A program made the position numbers and the translations under genes. Shown piece after piece: positions 20,371 to 29,055 of a DNA stretch of 64,000 bases; positions within the stretch are counted from its first letter, which is position 1, and each line of letters opens with the position of its first letter. Under the pieces are notes generated by a model. It saw nothing but the letters and a program-made list of their open reading frames with translations, searched no databases and was not told where the DNA came from. This stretch comes from a virus. Where the stretch lies: positions 3,256 to 67,255 of the IMG/VR virus record IMGVR_UViG_3300027896_000034; one strand, given 5' to 3'.

Positions 20371-20641
20371 GATAATTTTCCATTAATTTATTTAGTTCTT
20401 CTGATAGATACATAAAAATCTTATCCACTTCTTTAATTTTCTTTACTTTTATTTTTATTCCCAACTGAACTCTCATATTATTTAGAAACTTATTTATAGA
20501 TATTTCTGTTAAATCAGCTTCTGTTTTTGGTTCATTATCTTTTACCATTGGACATTTTCCACGAACTGGTGGATGATAAGTTCCGCATTCTGCACAAAGA
20601 GAAAAAGACGGTGCTAAACCATGACCAGGACCCATAACCAA
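20363..20641 (-). CDS. hypothetical protein with CxxC-H-C motif
   Basis: CAECGTYHPPVRGKC; GAGGAGG RBS. Confidence 0.6.
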   Translation of the reverse strand: MVMGPGHGLAPSFSLCAECGTYHPPVRGKCPMVKDNEPKTEADLTEISINKFLNNMRVQLGIKIKVKKIKEVDKIFMYLSEELNKLMENYHE

Positions 20642-20697
20642 TAACCTCCTCTAAATTTTTAATATGTTCTAGTTATTATAAAAAAAATCTAAACAAA

Positions 20698-20737
20698 AAA
20701 AATAATGGGGAAATCTAACCATTCCCCCATTATTTTT
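20698..20737. terminator. intrinsic terminator, likely bidirectional
   Basis: AAAAATAATGGGG / CCCCATTATTTTT inverted repeat. Confidence 0.65.
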
Positions 20738-20749
20738 AGAACAATTTAT

Positions 20750-20956
20750 TTATATCTCTCTTCCTTCTTTATAAGCTTTTCCTTTTCCCATTCTCCATTT
20801 AGAAGCTTGTCTTGCTAAACTAGTAAATGCAGATCCTTTTATATCACCTTTTCTACGGTGAATATGCGGAATATGATTTCCCAAATCTACTTTTTGACAA
20901 GCTTTTTTAAATACTTCGTCAGTTCTACTAAACTCTAAATTTGTAACTACTGCCAT
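20750..20956 (-). CDS. small basic hypothetical protein
   Basis: RQASKWRMGKGKAY; AAGGAG RBS. Confidence 0.6.
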   Translation of the reverse strand: MAVVTNLEFSRTDEVFKKACQKVDLGNHIPHIHRRKGDIKGSAFTSLARQASKWRMGKGKAYKEGREI

Positions 20957-20971
20957 TTTTCACTATTCTCC

Positions 20972-21511
20972 TTATTTCATATGTCTTTTTCTTGTTTTAT
21001 TAGGACCAAAAATAACCATTCCAAAATGAAGCAACTTCTTTCCATCAATATTTATATCATGCCATCTTTCATTCAACTCTTCATAGGAAAGAAATGTTCT
21101 AAGAGTTGATGAAGGATCTTGAAAGTAAATTTTTTTATCATCATAACCAATAGGAATTACATAATGTCCATTAGCCCATGATCTTGAGTATTTAAAATTT
21201 TGTGATTTTCCACTATAAGCTTGAATTGTAATAATAACAGGACAATGACGATCTATATATTTTTTCAAATCATCAATTGACATATTAGTAAAAGTTTTAT
21301 ATTTAACTCCAAACTTTTTAGAAACTCTTTTCAAACCCTTTATATAAGTTCCATCTTTAGTGGTCCCTGCTATTTTAAAAATTTTATCTTCTAGATCAAT
21401 AAAACCAAAAAATGTAAGAACAGATTCCATACAAGCAGAACCACAATCATAACTATATTTTTGCATCTTTGATGGAAAAGTCATTTCTACATAATTATTT
21501 CCATTACTCAT
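20972..21511 (-). CDS. C39-like cysteine peptidase
   Basis: Q...YDCG, GHYVIPIGYD, FQDP catalytic pattern. Confidence 0.8.
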   Translation of the reverse strand: MSNGNNYVEMTFPSKMQKYSYDCGSACMESVLTFFGFIDLEDKIFKIAGTTKDGTYIKGLKRVSKKFGVKYKTFTNMSIDDLKKYIDRHCPVIITIQAYSGKSQNFKYSRSWANGHYVIPIGYDDKKIYFQDPSSTLRTFLSYEELNERWHDINIDGKKLLHFGMVIFGPNKTRKRHMK

Positions 21512-21529
21512 AATTAATTTCCTTCTTTT

Positions 21530-21880
21530 TTAATAAACACTTACTATTTCTTTTAGAATTTTTTCTCTATATTTAGGATCAAATTCCTCTATGGATTTTG
21601 ATTCTAAATACCAAGTACTGTTTCCCCAATGTACCATTTTAAAAACAATTTTACAATAAATACAAACTAAATCATTTTTTTCATATACATCTAGATGTTT
21701 ATAAAATCCTTCCTTTTTATGACAGTATGGACAACGTAAAAATACTAAATTCATATTACCATCAAACCATAAATCTTCATACTCTATACAAAAGTTTTTT
21801 GGTTTAGTTTCTTTAATTGTATCTGATGTTAAAGAAAAAACATCTACTATATCATTTTCTAGGTGCTCATGTAAAATCAT
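21530..21880 (-). CDS. hypothetical zinc-ribbon protein
   Basis: CPYC...CIYC. Confidence 0.55.
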   Translation of the reverse strand: MILHEHLENDIVDVFSLTSDTIKETKPKNFCIEYEDLWFDGNMNLVFLRCPYCHKKEGFYKHLDVYEKNDLVCIYCKIVFKMVHWGNSTWYLESKSIEEFDPKYREKILKEIVSVY

Positions 21881-21897
21881 ATTTTAACCTTTTCATG

Positions 21898-21975
21898 TGG
21901 TTCACTCGGAAGGCTTCGAACCTCCAAAAATCGTGCTTCAAAGGCACGTGACTTTACCAGTTCGTCTACGAGTGA
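21898..21975 (-). tRNA. tRNA-Gln(UUG)
   Basis: cloverleaf; CGTGC-CTTTGAA-GCACG arm; TCACTCG/CGAGTGA acceptor; CCA. Confidence 0.85.
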
Positions 21976-21980
21976 TTAGA

Positions 21981-22322
21981 TCATTCAAAATGGTAATCAT
22001 AATATCCTTGTTTATGCTTATATACTTTAACTGAGTTATATTTTATTCTACAATTACCAAGATCAACTGGAGCATAAGTATACATACCATCAGATGTATA
22101 AAAAGTAATAGAATTATTCTCTTTATTGGTATCTACTTTAGTTATATTAGTAAGTATCTGAATTAATTCTGGAGCATATTGCGCATACTCACTATTTGTG
22201 GTTTGATGGCGTCCACGATTTTTATAAGACGTATACTGCGGAATTGCTATAGCTGCTAGGATACCAATAATCATTATAACTATCATCATTTCTATTAATG
22301 TAAAACCTTTTTTATTTTTCAT
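21981..22322 (-). CDS. type IV pilin-like protein
   Basis: class III signal [27 protein letters not shown]. Confidence 0.85.
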   Translation of the reverse strand: MKNKKGFTLIEMMIVIMIIGILAAIAIPQYTSYKNRGRHQTTNSEYAQYAPELIQILTNITKVDTNKENNSITFYTSDGMYTYAPVDLGNCRIKYNSVKVYKHKQGYYDYHFE

Positions 22323-22352
22323 AATTCTCTAATTTCTCCTTTAATTATTTCA

Positions 22353-22799
22353 TTACCAAGATTTAAAATTTAATTGATCTCTTTTTTTCATTATTAATTT
22401 TCCAAGAATATTCTTACCATTTCCTGTTTTTAAATCAACCCCCCAGAAAGTATCACCCCATCTATTTCCTTCTTGTATAATTTGATCTTTTGTTTCCAAT
22501 AATTTTGTTTTAAAAGGTTCTTGATTGAATTTTTGATCTATAAGAATCTTCATTACCTTTATTTTTTGTTCATCCCAAACGTTCCTATCAACTTCAATTT
22601 TTTTAGATTCTATTTTTATCAATCCTGGTTTTATAGTATCTCTACAGAATTTCTTCCAAACTGAGTCTTTACTTTTTGCAGATTGATAAGCATGTTCAAC
22701 ACTTATATATTCTACCCCTTCAAAAATAACTTTACATGGATAAAAATTACTTAACCACCTATATTCATTTTGAAATTCTTTTATCATATTATTTCTCAA
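22353..22799 (-). CDS. NADAR (YbiA-like) family protein
   Basis: LSNFY, SVEHAYQSAK, KF.Q, WGDTFWG, G.N.LGKLIM. Confidence 0.85.
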   Translation of the reverse strand: MRNNMIKEFQNEYRWLSNFYPCKVIFEGVEYISVEHAYQSAKSKDSVWKKFCRDTIKPGLIKIESKKIEVDRNVWDEQKIKVMKILIDQKFNQEPFKTKLLETKDQIIQEGNRWGDTFWGVDLKTGNGKNILGKLIMKKRDQLNFKSW

Positions 22800-23020
22800 G
22801 CTAAAGGAAATTCTTTTTCCATTAATTCATTATGAAACTTTTTAAATTCTTTATCATATTTACTTGTTAATTTTTTCTCTGTATTCATAAATATAGATGG
22901 TTGTATCATACTTTCTTTTAATTCCTCAAAACAATCGTTACAAATATAACCATAGATTGAAGAATATCTATCACATAAGATACATTCACAACCCTTTCTT
23001 CCACATTGCATCACGCTCAT
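22796..23020 (-). CDS. small Cys-rich hypothetical protein
   Basis: CGRKGC..C...YICNDC. Confidence 0.55.
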   Translation of the reverse strand: MSVMQCGRKGCECILCDRYSSIYGYICNDCFEELKESMIQPSIFMNTEKKLTSKYDKEFKKFHNELMEKEFPLA

Positions 23021-23277
23021 TTTTTGATATCCTCAAAAATTGTCATTGATTTATCCAACTCAAAAATTATTATTGGTTTATTCCAATAATACCTTTTACT
23101 TCTATGAATCCCATCAAAACCATTTATTGTACAAGACCCAGTATGATTACCTTTTATACTTCTTAACTGTATTAGAAAATAATCATCAACAATAGATTCA
23201 ACAATCATTATTCTTTTTTCAAATGAATCCCATATTCTGTCTTTTTCTTTTATTCCTTTGAAATATTTAAAAGACAT
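23017..23277 (-). CDS. hypothetical protein
   Basis: coupled ORF. Confidence 0.5.
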   Translation of the reverse strand: MSFKYFKGIKEKDRIWDSFEKRIMIVESIVDDYFLIQLRSIKGNHTGSCTINGFDGIHRSKRYYWNKPIIIFELDKSMTIFEDIKK

Positions 23278-23680
23278 TTTTTTTATCCTTATCTTTATTA
23301 ATTGGAGAATTATTTACTGGATGATGAAATATTAAATACCAATAATACCAATGCCACCAAGAATAAGAATAATTATTATAATACACTGATCCATAATGAT
23401 AAACAGGTGTATTATAGTAATGTACTGTAGTATGACCAACTGGTATAGTTGATTTTGTAGCAGTTTTTGTTTTAGTTACAGTTTTTGTTTTAGATGAAGC
23501 ATAAGAAGGAGTAGATTTTGATTTTGACACACTTGATTTACTTGTTGATGTGTGAGATCTAGTCGACGAATGGGAGCTACAGGATGAGTGTCCTCCTCCG
23601 CCACCGCCCCCTTTTGCTAATCCTATACTTGTTACAAAAAATATAGTAATCAATGAAAATATACTTATTTTTTTAAACAT
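23267..23680 (-). CDS. exported low-complexity protein (Gly/Ser/Thr-rich, aromatic C-terminus)
   Basis: signal-like N-terminus, G8 run, YSWWHWYYWY. Confidence 0.6.
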   Translation of the reverse strand: MFKKISIFSLITIFFVTSIGLAKGGGGGGGHSSCSSHSSTRSHTSTSKSSVSKSKSTPSYASSKTKTVTKTKTATKSTIPVGHTTVHYYNTPVYHYGSVYYNNYSYSWWHWYYWYLIFHHPVNNSPINKDKDKKNVF

Positions 23681-23692
23681 TTTTTTCTCCTT

Positions 23693-24262
23693 TTAGTGCT
23701 GACATTCATTTAACAAATAAAAGTCTTTTTCTTTAATTATTAGATTGTCTCTATTATAATCCATTGCTACTGCATTTCCTCCACAAATTTGACCGTGATT
23801 ATCACCAAATTCTATTCTTAGAAAACTAGAAAGACCCTTTCCTTTAGCTTCTTTAAGTTCTCTTATAGTTACTCGGTATGATTCCGCATAATCTTCATAC
23901 CGTATAGAAGCATCAGGATCTCTTTTTTCAGGTCTTTCTAATTCTTTTTTAACTTCATTTTCCCAATATACTACTTGTTCTTCATAATCTTTAATTAGTT
24001 TTTTAATTGGTTCAATTTTACATTGACTATATTCATCATATTTATCATCTTCTGTTATAACACTATCAATTGAATCAATTACATAACCTGAATCACATGA
24101 ACGAGTATCTTCTACATTTCCAAAACCATAATCTACTGATTGATTAAATATTTTTTTATATTTTCTAATTAAATTAAATAGTTTTTCTTTCTTTTTTCCT
24201 GAGAATATAAAAAAGAAAGCTGTTGAACTTGAGTTTGTAATGAAATCATCCTTTAGTTTCAT
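23693..24262 (-). CDS. hypothetical protein with MKxxxxFxxNSSS N-terminal motif
   Basis: MKLKDDFITNSSSTAF. Confidence 0.65.
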   Translation of the reverse strand: MKLKDDFITNSSSTAFFFIFSGKKKEKLFNLIRKYKKIFNQSVDYGFGNVEDTRSCDSGYVIDSIDSVITEDDKYDEYSQCKIEPIKKLIKDYEEQVVYWENEVKKELERPEKRDPDASIRYEDYAESYRVTIRELKEAKGKGLSSFLRIEFGDNHGQICGGNAVAMDYNRDNLIIKEKDFYLLNECQH

Positions 24263-24272
24263 TTTTAAACTC

Positions 24273-24527
24273 CTACTTATTACTTTGACTTATGGAAACT
24301 ATAGATGGTACTAATTTTTGAATTTGCTCTCCCAAAAATGTACATACCAAAAATATACCAACTATGTGCCAATATGGTATATTTAAAAATACTGTAGGAA
24401 TATATGCAATTAAATATTTTGGTGCTATACAATTCCAAGCGAAATACATTGGTATTGCACTAACTATAGAAAAAGCAACATTAAACGCTATTTTTACAAA
24501 TGCCAAAACATATTCTAACCCAAACAT
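24273..24527 (-). CDS. small membrane protein
   Basis: hydrophobic; GGAGG RBS. Confidence 0.6.
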   Translation of the reverse strand: MFGLEYVLAFVKIAFNVAFSIVSAIPMYFAWNCIAPKYLIAYIPTVFLNIPYWHIVGIFLVCTFLGEQIQKLVPSIVSISQSNK

Positions 24528-24528
24528 A

Positions 24529-24750
24529 TTATTTTCCTCCTTTAGATATGATTTTATTTATTTCCAACTTAGCTTGCTCTAATCCGAAGTTATATCCTTC
24601 TGTGTATATTCTATTAATATCATATGCCACATCTGCAGTTGAAGTGCAGTGGATTTTAAATAATGTATCTCCAATTTTTCTAATATTATATTGTAAACAA
24701 AAACCAGGTTTCACTTTGGAATTTTCAATCGCTTGTTCTATTTTTGTCAT
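24529..24750 (-). CDS. hypothetical protein
   Basis: packed ORF. Confidence 0.5.
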   Translation of the reverse strand: MTKIEQAIENSKVKPGFCLQYNIRKIGDTLFKIHCTSTADVAYDINRIYTEGYNFGLEQAKLEINKIISKGGK

Positions 24751-24755
24751 TTTAT

Positions 24756-25193
24756 TTACTCCAAAACTCTTACTGAATCAAATGCAATTATTCCTGTATA
24801 ATCGTTTCGTGGATCAAAATATTCCTTTGTATCATCTAAAAAATTAAATAAATTTACACCACCGCAACGAACTCTAAAATTCCCTACTCTTTTTCCAAAA
24901 CCTTTAACTCGAATTATTACTGATGGTGTTTTTAAATCACTAACGATACCTCTAAAATATTCAGCATCCATAAAATTACTAAAACAAAGTATTCCAACAC
25001 TTCCTGATTTTGCTTTAACTAGTTTTCCTTTATCATATTTTTTTATATAAGGTTTTATTTTTTTAAGACTAGGATATACTCTAAAAATTTCATCTAATGT
25101 CATTCCTTTATTATATTCAAAAGCAGTAACATTTGATCCATACCTTCTTTCTTTACCAACTACTTTAAATACTATTTCCCCTTTATTTTTCAT
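24756..25193 (-). CDS. hypothetical protein
   Basis: AAGGAG RBS; 145 aa. Confidence 0.6.
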   Translation of the reverse strand: MKNKGEIVFKVVGKERRYGSNVTAFEYNKGMTLDEIFRVYPSLKKIKPYIKKYDKGKLVKAKSGSVGILCFSNFMDAEYFRGIVSDLKTPSVIIRVKGFGKRVGNFRVRCGGVNLFNFLDDTKEYFDPRNDYTGIIAFDSVRVLE

Positions 25194-25378
25194 TTTTATC
25201 TCCTTACTTATTCAGAATATATAAAGAATAAACTTCTTTTTTATAAAAATCTACTTCACCTTTAGTTAACCCTACTACCTTTGGTTTATTATTTAAAAAT
25301 ACAGCCCAACTATGTGAATCATCACCACCATATTTTTTTGCTGTAATACCATGTTTTTTATAATTAATTTTCTCCAAA

Positions 25379-25564
25379 TTATTCTTCCTCCTTTGGTGGG
25401 AAAGTCCAAATCAACCACTTAGATATTTCTTCTATTGGTTTCCCAAAACATTTAGCATCACTATTCCTTGAATTACATTCTGGATCTTCACATAATCCAT
25501 TACCCTCTTTCATATAAACACACTTTATTTTATCACATTTTACTGCCCAGTTAGGTAACCACAT
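25379..25564 (-). CDS. small Cys-rich hypothetical protein
   Basis: five Cys; AGGAG RBS. Confidence 0.5.
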   Translation of the reverse strand: MWLPNWAVKCDKIKCVYMKEGNGLCEDPECNSRNSDAKCFGKPIEEISKWLIWTFPPKEEE

Positions 25565-25572
25565 AACATCTC

Positions 25573-26778
25573 CTAATCATAAGACATAATTATAAGTCTT
25601 TCTGATGCTCTTGTTATCCCTGTATATAACCATTTTGCATAAAGTGAATCAGGCCAATTCCAAGCTCTTTCTTCTAAAAGAACAACTCTTTTCCACTCAC
25701 TTCCTTGAGATTTATGAACAGTTATGCAATATCCCCAATCAAAATAATCAAGATAACTAAAGTTTGTATTTTTTATTGCTTCTTGAATTTTTTTATATTT
25801 ATCTTTTGGTAAATTAAAAATATTATCATATGATTCTTTACCAAAAACTCTTTCATAAATTAAACCATTATATAATTCTTTTTCACCATCCATTTGTATA
25901 CATGCTTCTAATATATCTGGTGATTCATGTAAAATCATCATTAACATTCCAAGTTGTCCATTAAAAATTCCAGAGCGTCTATTGTTTCTTAAACAAATTA
26001 ATCTTTCACCAGGATATAAAATATCATCTTTAAAACCTAAATTTTTTCTTATGATACTATTATATTCAACTCTAGTTTTATTAAGACCACAAAGAACAAT
26101 ACTGTCTTCAGTCCATCCTACTTTATTAAACCATTCTTTACTTTTTTCATCTGTTCTTTTTATTTTTGCAACTTCTGGTTTAAAAACTCCAAAAGGAATG
26201 GATCCAGATTTTCTAGCAATTTCTGATAAAGCTATTATTGGATTATTATAGGCTTGTCTAAAAATTTCTTCTAATTTATATTCTGGATTTTTCATTAAAC
26301 TAAAATTAGATTCTTGTATTGGTGGAAGTTGACCATGATCTCCAACCGCTAAAATATTAACACCAAATGAGTTTAAATCATTAAAAATTTCTTCAGAAAC
26401 CATACTAGCTTCATCTATTATGATTAAATCCCTGTCAATATCTTCTACCCTATCCCAACCAACAACAACACGATCATTCATTTTAGGATTCCATCTAAAT
26501 CTTGGTCTATAAATTAAAGAATGTATAGTTCCTGTAGAATGTTTAGACTCATCAATACCTCCTAATTTCTGACGTAAAACACTTGAAGCTTTTCCAGTAA
26601 ATGCTGTAAATGCCATTTTAGTTTTAGGATTTTCTTTTTCAAGAGTTTTTCGTACTTGTGAAATTAAGAAAGTTTTTCCTGTTCCAGCATATCCACCTAA
26701 TGTAGTTAAAGATTTTTGACTTTTAATACCATCAATTATACAATCATGTATATTTTTTTGAGTTTTAGATAGGTCCAT
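25573..26778 (-). CDS. SF1B helicase, Dda/RecD-like
   Basis: GYAGTGKT, AFTGKA, TIHS, DEASMV, GDHGQLPP, FRQ, TVHKSQGSEW, LYTGITRA. Confidence 0.9.
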   Translation of the reverse strand: MDLSKTQKNIHDCIIDGIKSQKSLTTLGGYAGTGKTFLISQVRKTLEKENPKTKMAFTAFTGKASSVLRQKLGGIDESKHSTGTIHSLIYRPRFRWNPKMNDRVVVGWDRVEDIDRDLIIIDEASMVSEEIFNDLNSFGVNILAVGDHGQLPPIQESNFSLMKNPEYKLEEIFRQAYNNPIIALSEIARKSGSIPFGVFKPEVAKIKRTDEKSKEWFNKVGWTEDSIVLCGLNKTRVEYNSIIRKNLGFKDDILYPGERLICLRNNRRSGIFNGQLGMLMMILHESPDILEACIQMDGEKELYNGLIYERVFGKESYDNIFNLPKDKYKKIQEAIKNTNFSYLDYFDWGYCITVHKSQGSEWKRVVLLEERAWNWPDSLYAKWLYTGITRASERLIIMSYD

Positions 26779-27028
26779 TTATTCTCTCTTCTTCCTTTTT
26801 AAATTTAACAAAATCTGATTTTTTTCTTTCAACAATACTCCAAATAACTTCTTCTAAAAAACTTTCATCAGCTCCAGTTATAATTTCAGTCCAGTCTAAA
26901 AATCTTTTTCCTAAACAAAATAAACAAACTTTTAATGTAATTAAATTATCAGATTTAAATTCTATATCATCAAATGATACAGGAATTCCGTGACAAACAG
27001 GACATAATAACTTTATTTCATTTTCCAT
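26765..27028 (-). CDS. CxxC-CxxC-DW zinc-finger paralog
   Basis: CPVCHG...CLFCLGKRFLDWTEIITG. Confidence 0.65.
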   Translation of the reverse strand: MENEIKLLCPVCHGIPVSFDDIEFKSDNLITLKVCLFCLGKRFLDWTEIITGADESFLEEVIWSIVERKKSDFVKFKKEEERINGPI

Positions 27029-27031
27029 AAT

Positions 27032-27271
27032 TCACACCTTCTTAATATTATGTTTTTTAAGTTTCATATCCATTGAATTAAAATTTACATTAAACCAACT
27101 CTCATCTACACCTATTATTATTTCAGTCCAATCTAAAAGTTTTTTTCCTAAACAAAATCCACAAATTGTTATAATTAGTCCTAATTTATCATTGTATTCT
27201 TTTTTGATATAATTACCTTTGCAAATAGGACATGTAAAAAATCCAGAAATTTCTTTTGTATTTTCTTCCAT
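27032..27271 (-). CDS. CxxC-CxxC-DW zinc-finger paralog
   Basis: CPICKG...CGFCLGKKLLDWTEIIIG. Confidence 0.65.
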   Translation of the reverse strand: MEENTKEISGFFTCPICKGNYIKKEYNDKLGLIITICGFCLGKKLLDWTEIIIGVDESWFNVNFNSMDMKLKKHNIKKV

Positions 27272-27537
27272 AAACTTCCACTCTTATTTAATTCATTAAG
27301 TTTTTTTATATTAAATTCTTTATTACTACGAAAAATATCTATATCTCTAGCTTCTGGAGATATATACCATTTTTCTACTCCAGTTATGCATTCAATCCAA
27401 TCTAAATATTTTTTTCCTTTACAAAAATTACATACATTTTTTACAGGAATAGTTATTCTATTATTATCTATAATTACTTTTTCAAATTTTTCTAATGACC
27501 CCAATCCTCCACATATAGGACAAATATTTAGTTCCAT
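27181..27537 (-). CDS. CxxC-CxxC-DW zinc-finger paralog
   Basis: CPICGG...CNFCKGKKYLDWIECITG. Confidence 0.65.
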   Translation of the reverse strand: MELNICPICGGLGSLEKFEKVIIDNNRITIPVKNVCNFCKGKKYLDWIECITGVEKWYISPEARDIDIFRSNKEFNIKKLNELNKSGSLWKKIQKKFLDFLHVLFAKVIISKKNTMIN

Positions 27538-27563
27538 AATCTTAATAAACCTTTCTTTTAAAT

Positions 27564-27613
27564 AAAAAAATGTAGGAAACCTATATATAAAAATATAGGT
27601 TCCTACAAATTTT
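27564..27613. terminator. intrinsic terminator
   Basis: TGTAGGA(A)ACCTATAT / ATATAGGTTCCTACA hairpin with A/T tracts on both sides. Confidence 0.6.
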
Positions 27614-27949
27614 TTATTTCTTTAATTTTTGTTTTTCTATTTTATCAGGTGGTGCTTCAGGAACAGGAGCTGGTGTTGTTATTGAATTTGGATCTGGATT
27701 TGCATTTACACTCAACAAAATTTTATACGGTTGGTCTTTATAAATCATCCCACCAATTTTAATTGATTTATCCATTGATATTTCTTGATCATGAACCCAA
27801 TATTTAATAGTTGTGCATATACCAATAGATATTCCAATCAGAATGAAAACCAAACTCATAAAATATATATTATTGTAAATCCAACATTTGGTAATTTTAA
27901 CTCTTTTTTCAATCCAATTATCTTTATTTATGTTTTCGTCATCATTCAT
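27614..27949 (-). CDS. single-pass membrane protein
   Basis: one TM segment and a Pro-rich tail; follows the SLT gene. Confidence 0.55.
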   Translation of the reverse strand: MNDDENINKDNWIEKRVKITKCWIYNNIYFMSLVFILIGISIGICTTIKYWVHDQEISMDKSIKIGGMIYKDQPYKILLSVNANPDPNSITTPAPVPEAPPDKIEKQKLKK

Positions 27950-28509
27950 ACTTTCACTCCTTTAATTTTGTTTCTTTCCAGTAACTTGTTATACAAGATA
28001 TATGTTTCTTTAGCATAGCGCCTTGCTAAAGGATTATCTCCACCTTTATATAAAGCTAGGGCTTGTAATAAGTCACCGTGAGTCATAGTTAATTTTGTTT
28101 GAAGTATTTTTGCTCCATGAAGTATATCTACTTCTGCATATATTTTAGTTGCACTTGGAGTCTGCATTAATCCAACATAATTTTTACTGGATTTTGCATC
28201 ATATTTAAAATTAGATTCTGTTTTAACTATTGCTGTTAATAATTCTTTATCAACTCTAGTCATATTTGAAACCATTATTATTGAATGAGCTAGATCTTTG
28301 ACCTTTTCTTGAGGAGCACCTAACTCTTCAAGATTTTTTTCTGTTGTAATTGTTTGTTGTTCATTGTTTGCGCTAAGTTGTGCTGGAACAATTGTTTTCT
28401 GAATTGAAGTTAATTCTGCATTTATAAAGAATAAAAATGCTAGAATAACTAAAAATTCAAAAATCTTCGTTTTTTGCATAAGATAGTACCTCCATACCTT
28501 TTTGTTCAC
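27946..28509 (-). CDS. lytic transglycosylase (SLT) with N-terminal TM
   Basis: AIVKTESNF, SSK.YVGLMQ, ALALYKGG. Confidence 0.8.
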   Translation of the reverse strand: MNKKVWRYYLMQKTKIFEFLVILAFLFFINAELTSIQKTIVPAQLSANNEQQTITTEKNLEELGAPQEKVKDLAHSIIMVSNMTRVDKELLTAIVKTESNFKYDAKSSKNYVGLMQTPSATKIYAEVDILHGAKILQTKLTMTHGDLLQALALYKGGDNPLARRYAKETYILYNKLLERNKIKGVKV

Positions 28510-28546
28510 TAACTATTACAAATTTACTATAATTTTCTCCTTTAGT

Positions 28547-28559
28547 ATTAATATATATA
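28547..28559 (-). promoter_or_regulatory. TATATATATTAAT promoter-like motif
   Basis: exact copies at 28547, 51451, 62498 and 62661, each upstream of a minus-strand unit. Confidence 0.55.
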
Positions 28560-29006
28560 GTTCGAGAAACTAACTATAAAGATATTTTTTTATTTTTTGA
28601 TGTTATGATAATTTAGTACTTATCAGAAACAAACTAATCAGATTCCAAGAAAATTTTCTAGAACAAATCATTGAACTCAATGAAGGAGACAATCTTCAGT
28701 AGAAATAACATTAGGAAAAAGTTGTAGGAAAAATTCAAGCACCCCAGGTAGATCGCACCGCTACGCCCCCCCTGGTGCTGCAAAATCTGCGGTGACCCTG
28801 GTTTAGTTAACGTTGTATTCTAAAAACTGTAACTGTAATTTTAGATTTGAAATTATATTATAATATTTGATATAAATTATATTTTAATCAAAAAGTCGAC
28901 TACGAACAAAAAAGATAACCACCAACGACCCTGTCGGGCGTGTGGTGTCCTTTTACTTAGGATTACATATTATTCATTAATTTTTTCAGATAAAATTTCA
29001 ATTATA

Positions 29007-29015
29007 TAGAACAAA
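29007..29015 (+). promoter_or_regulatory. TAGAACAAA promoter-like motif
   Basis: recurs shortly upstream of gene starts on both strands (see findings). Confidence 0.55.
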
Positions 29016-29055
29016 CAAATAGTATAGAATATCTAACGAAAGGGAGTTAAAAAAT

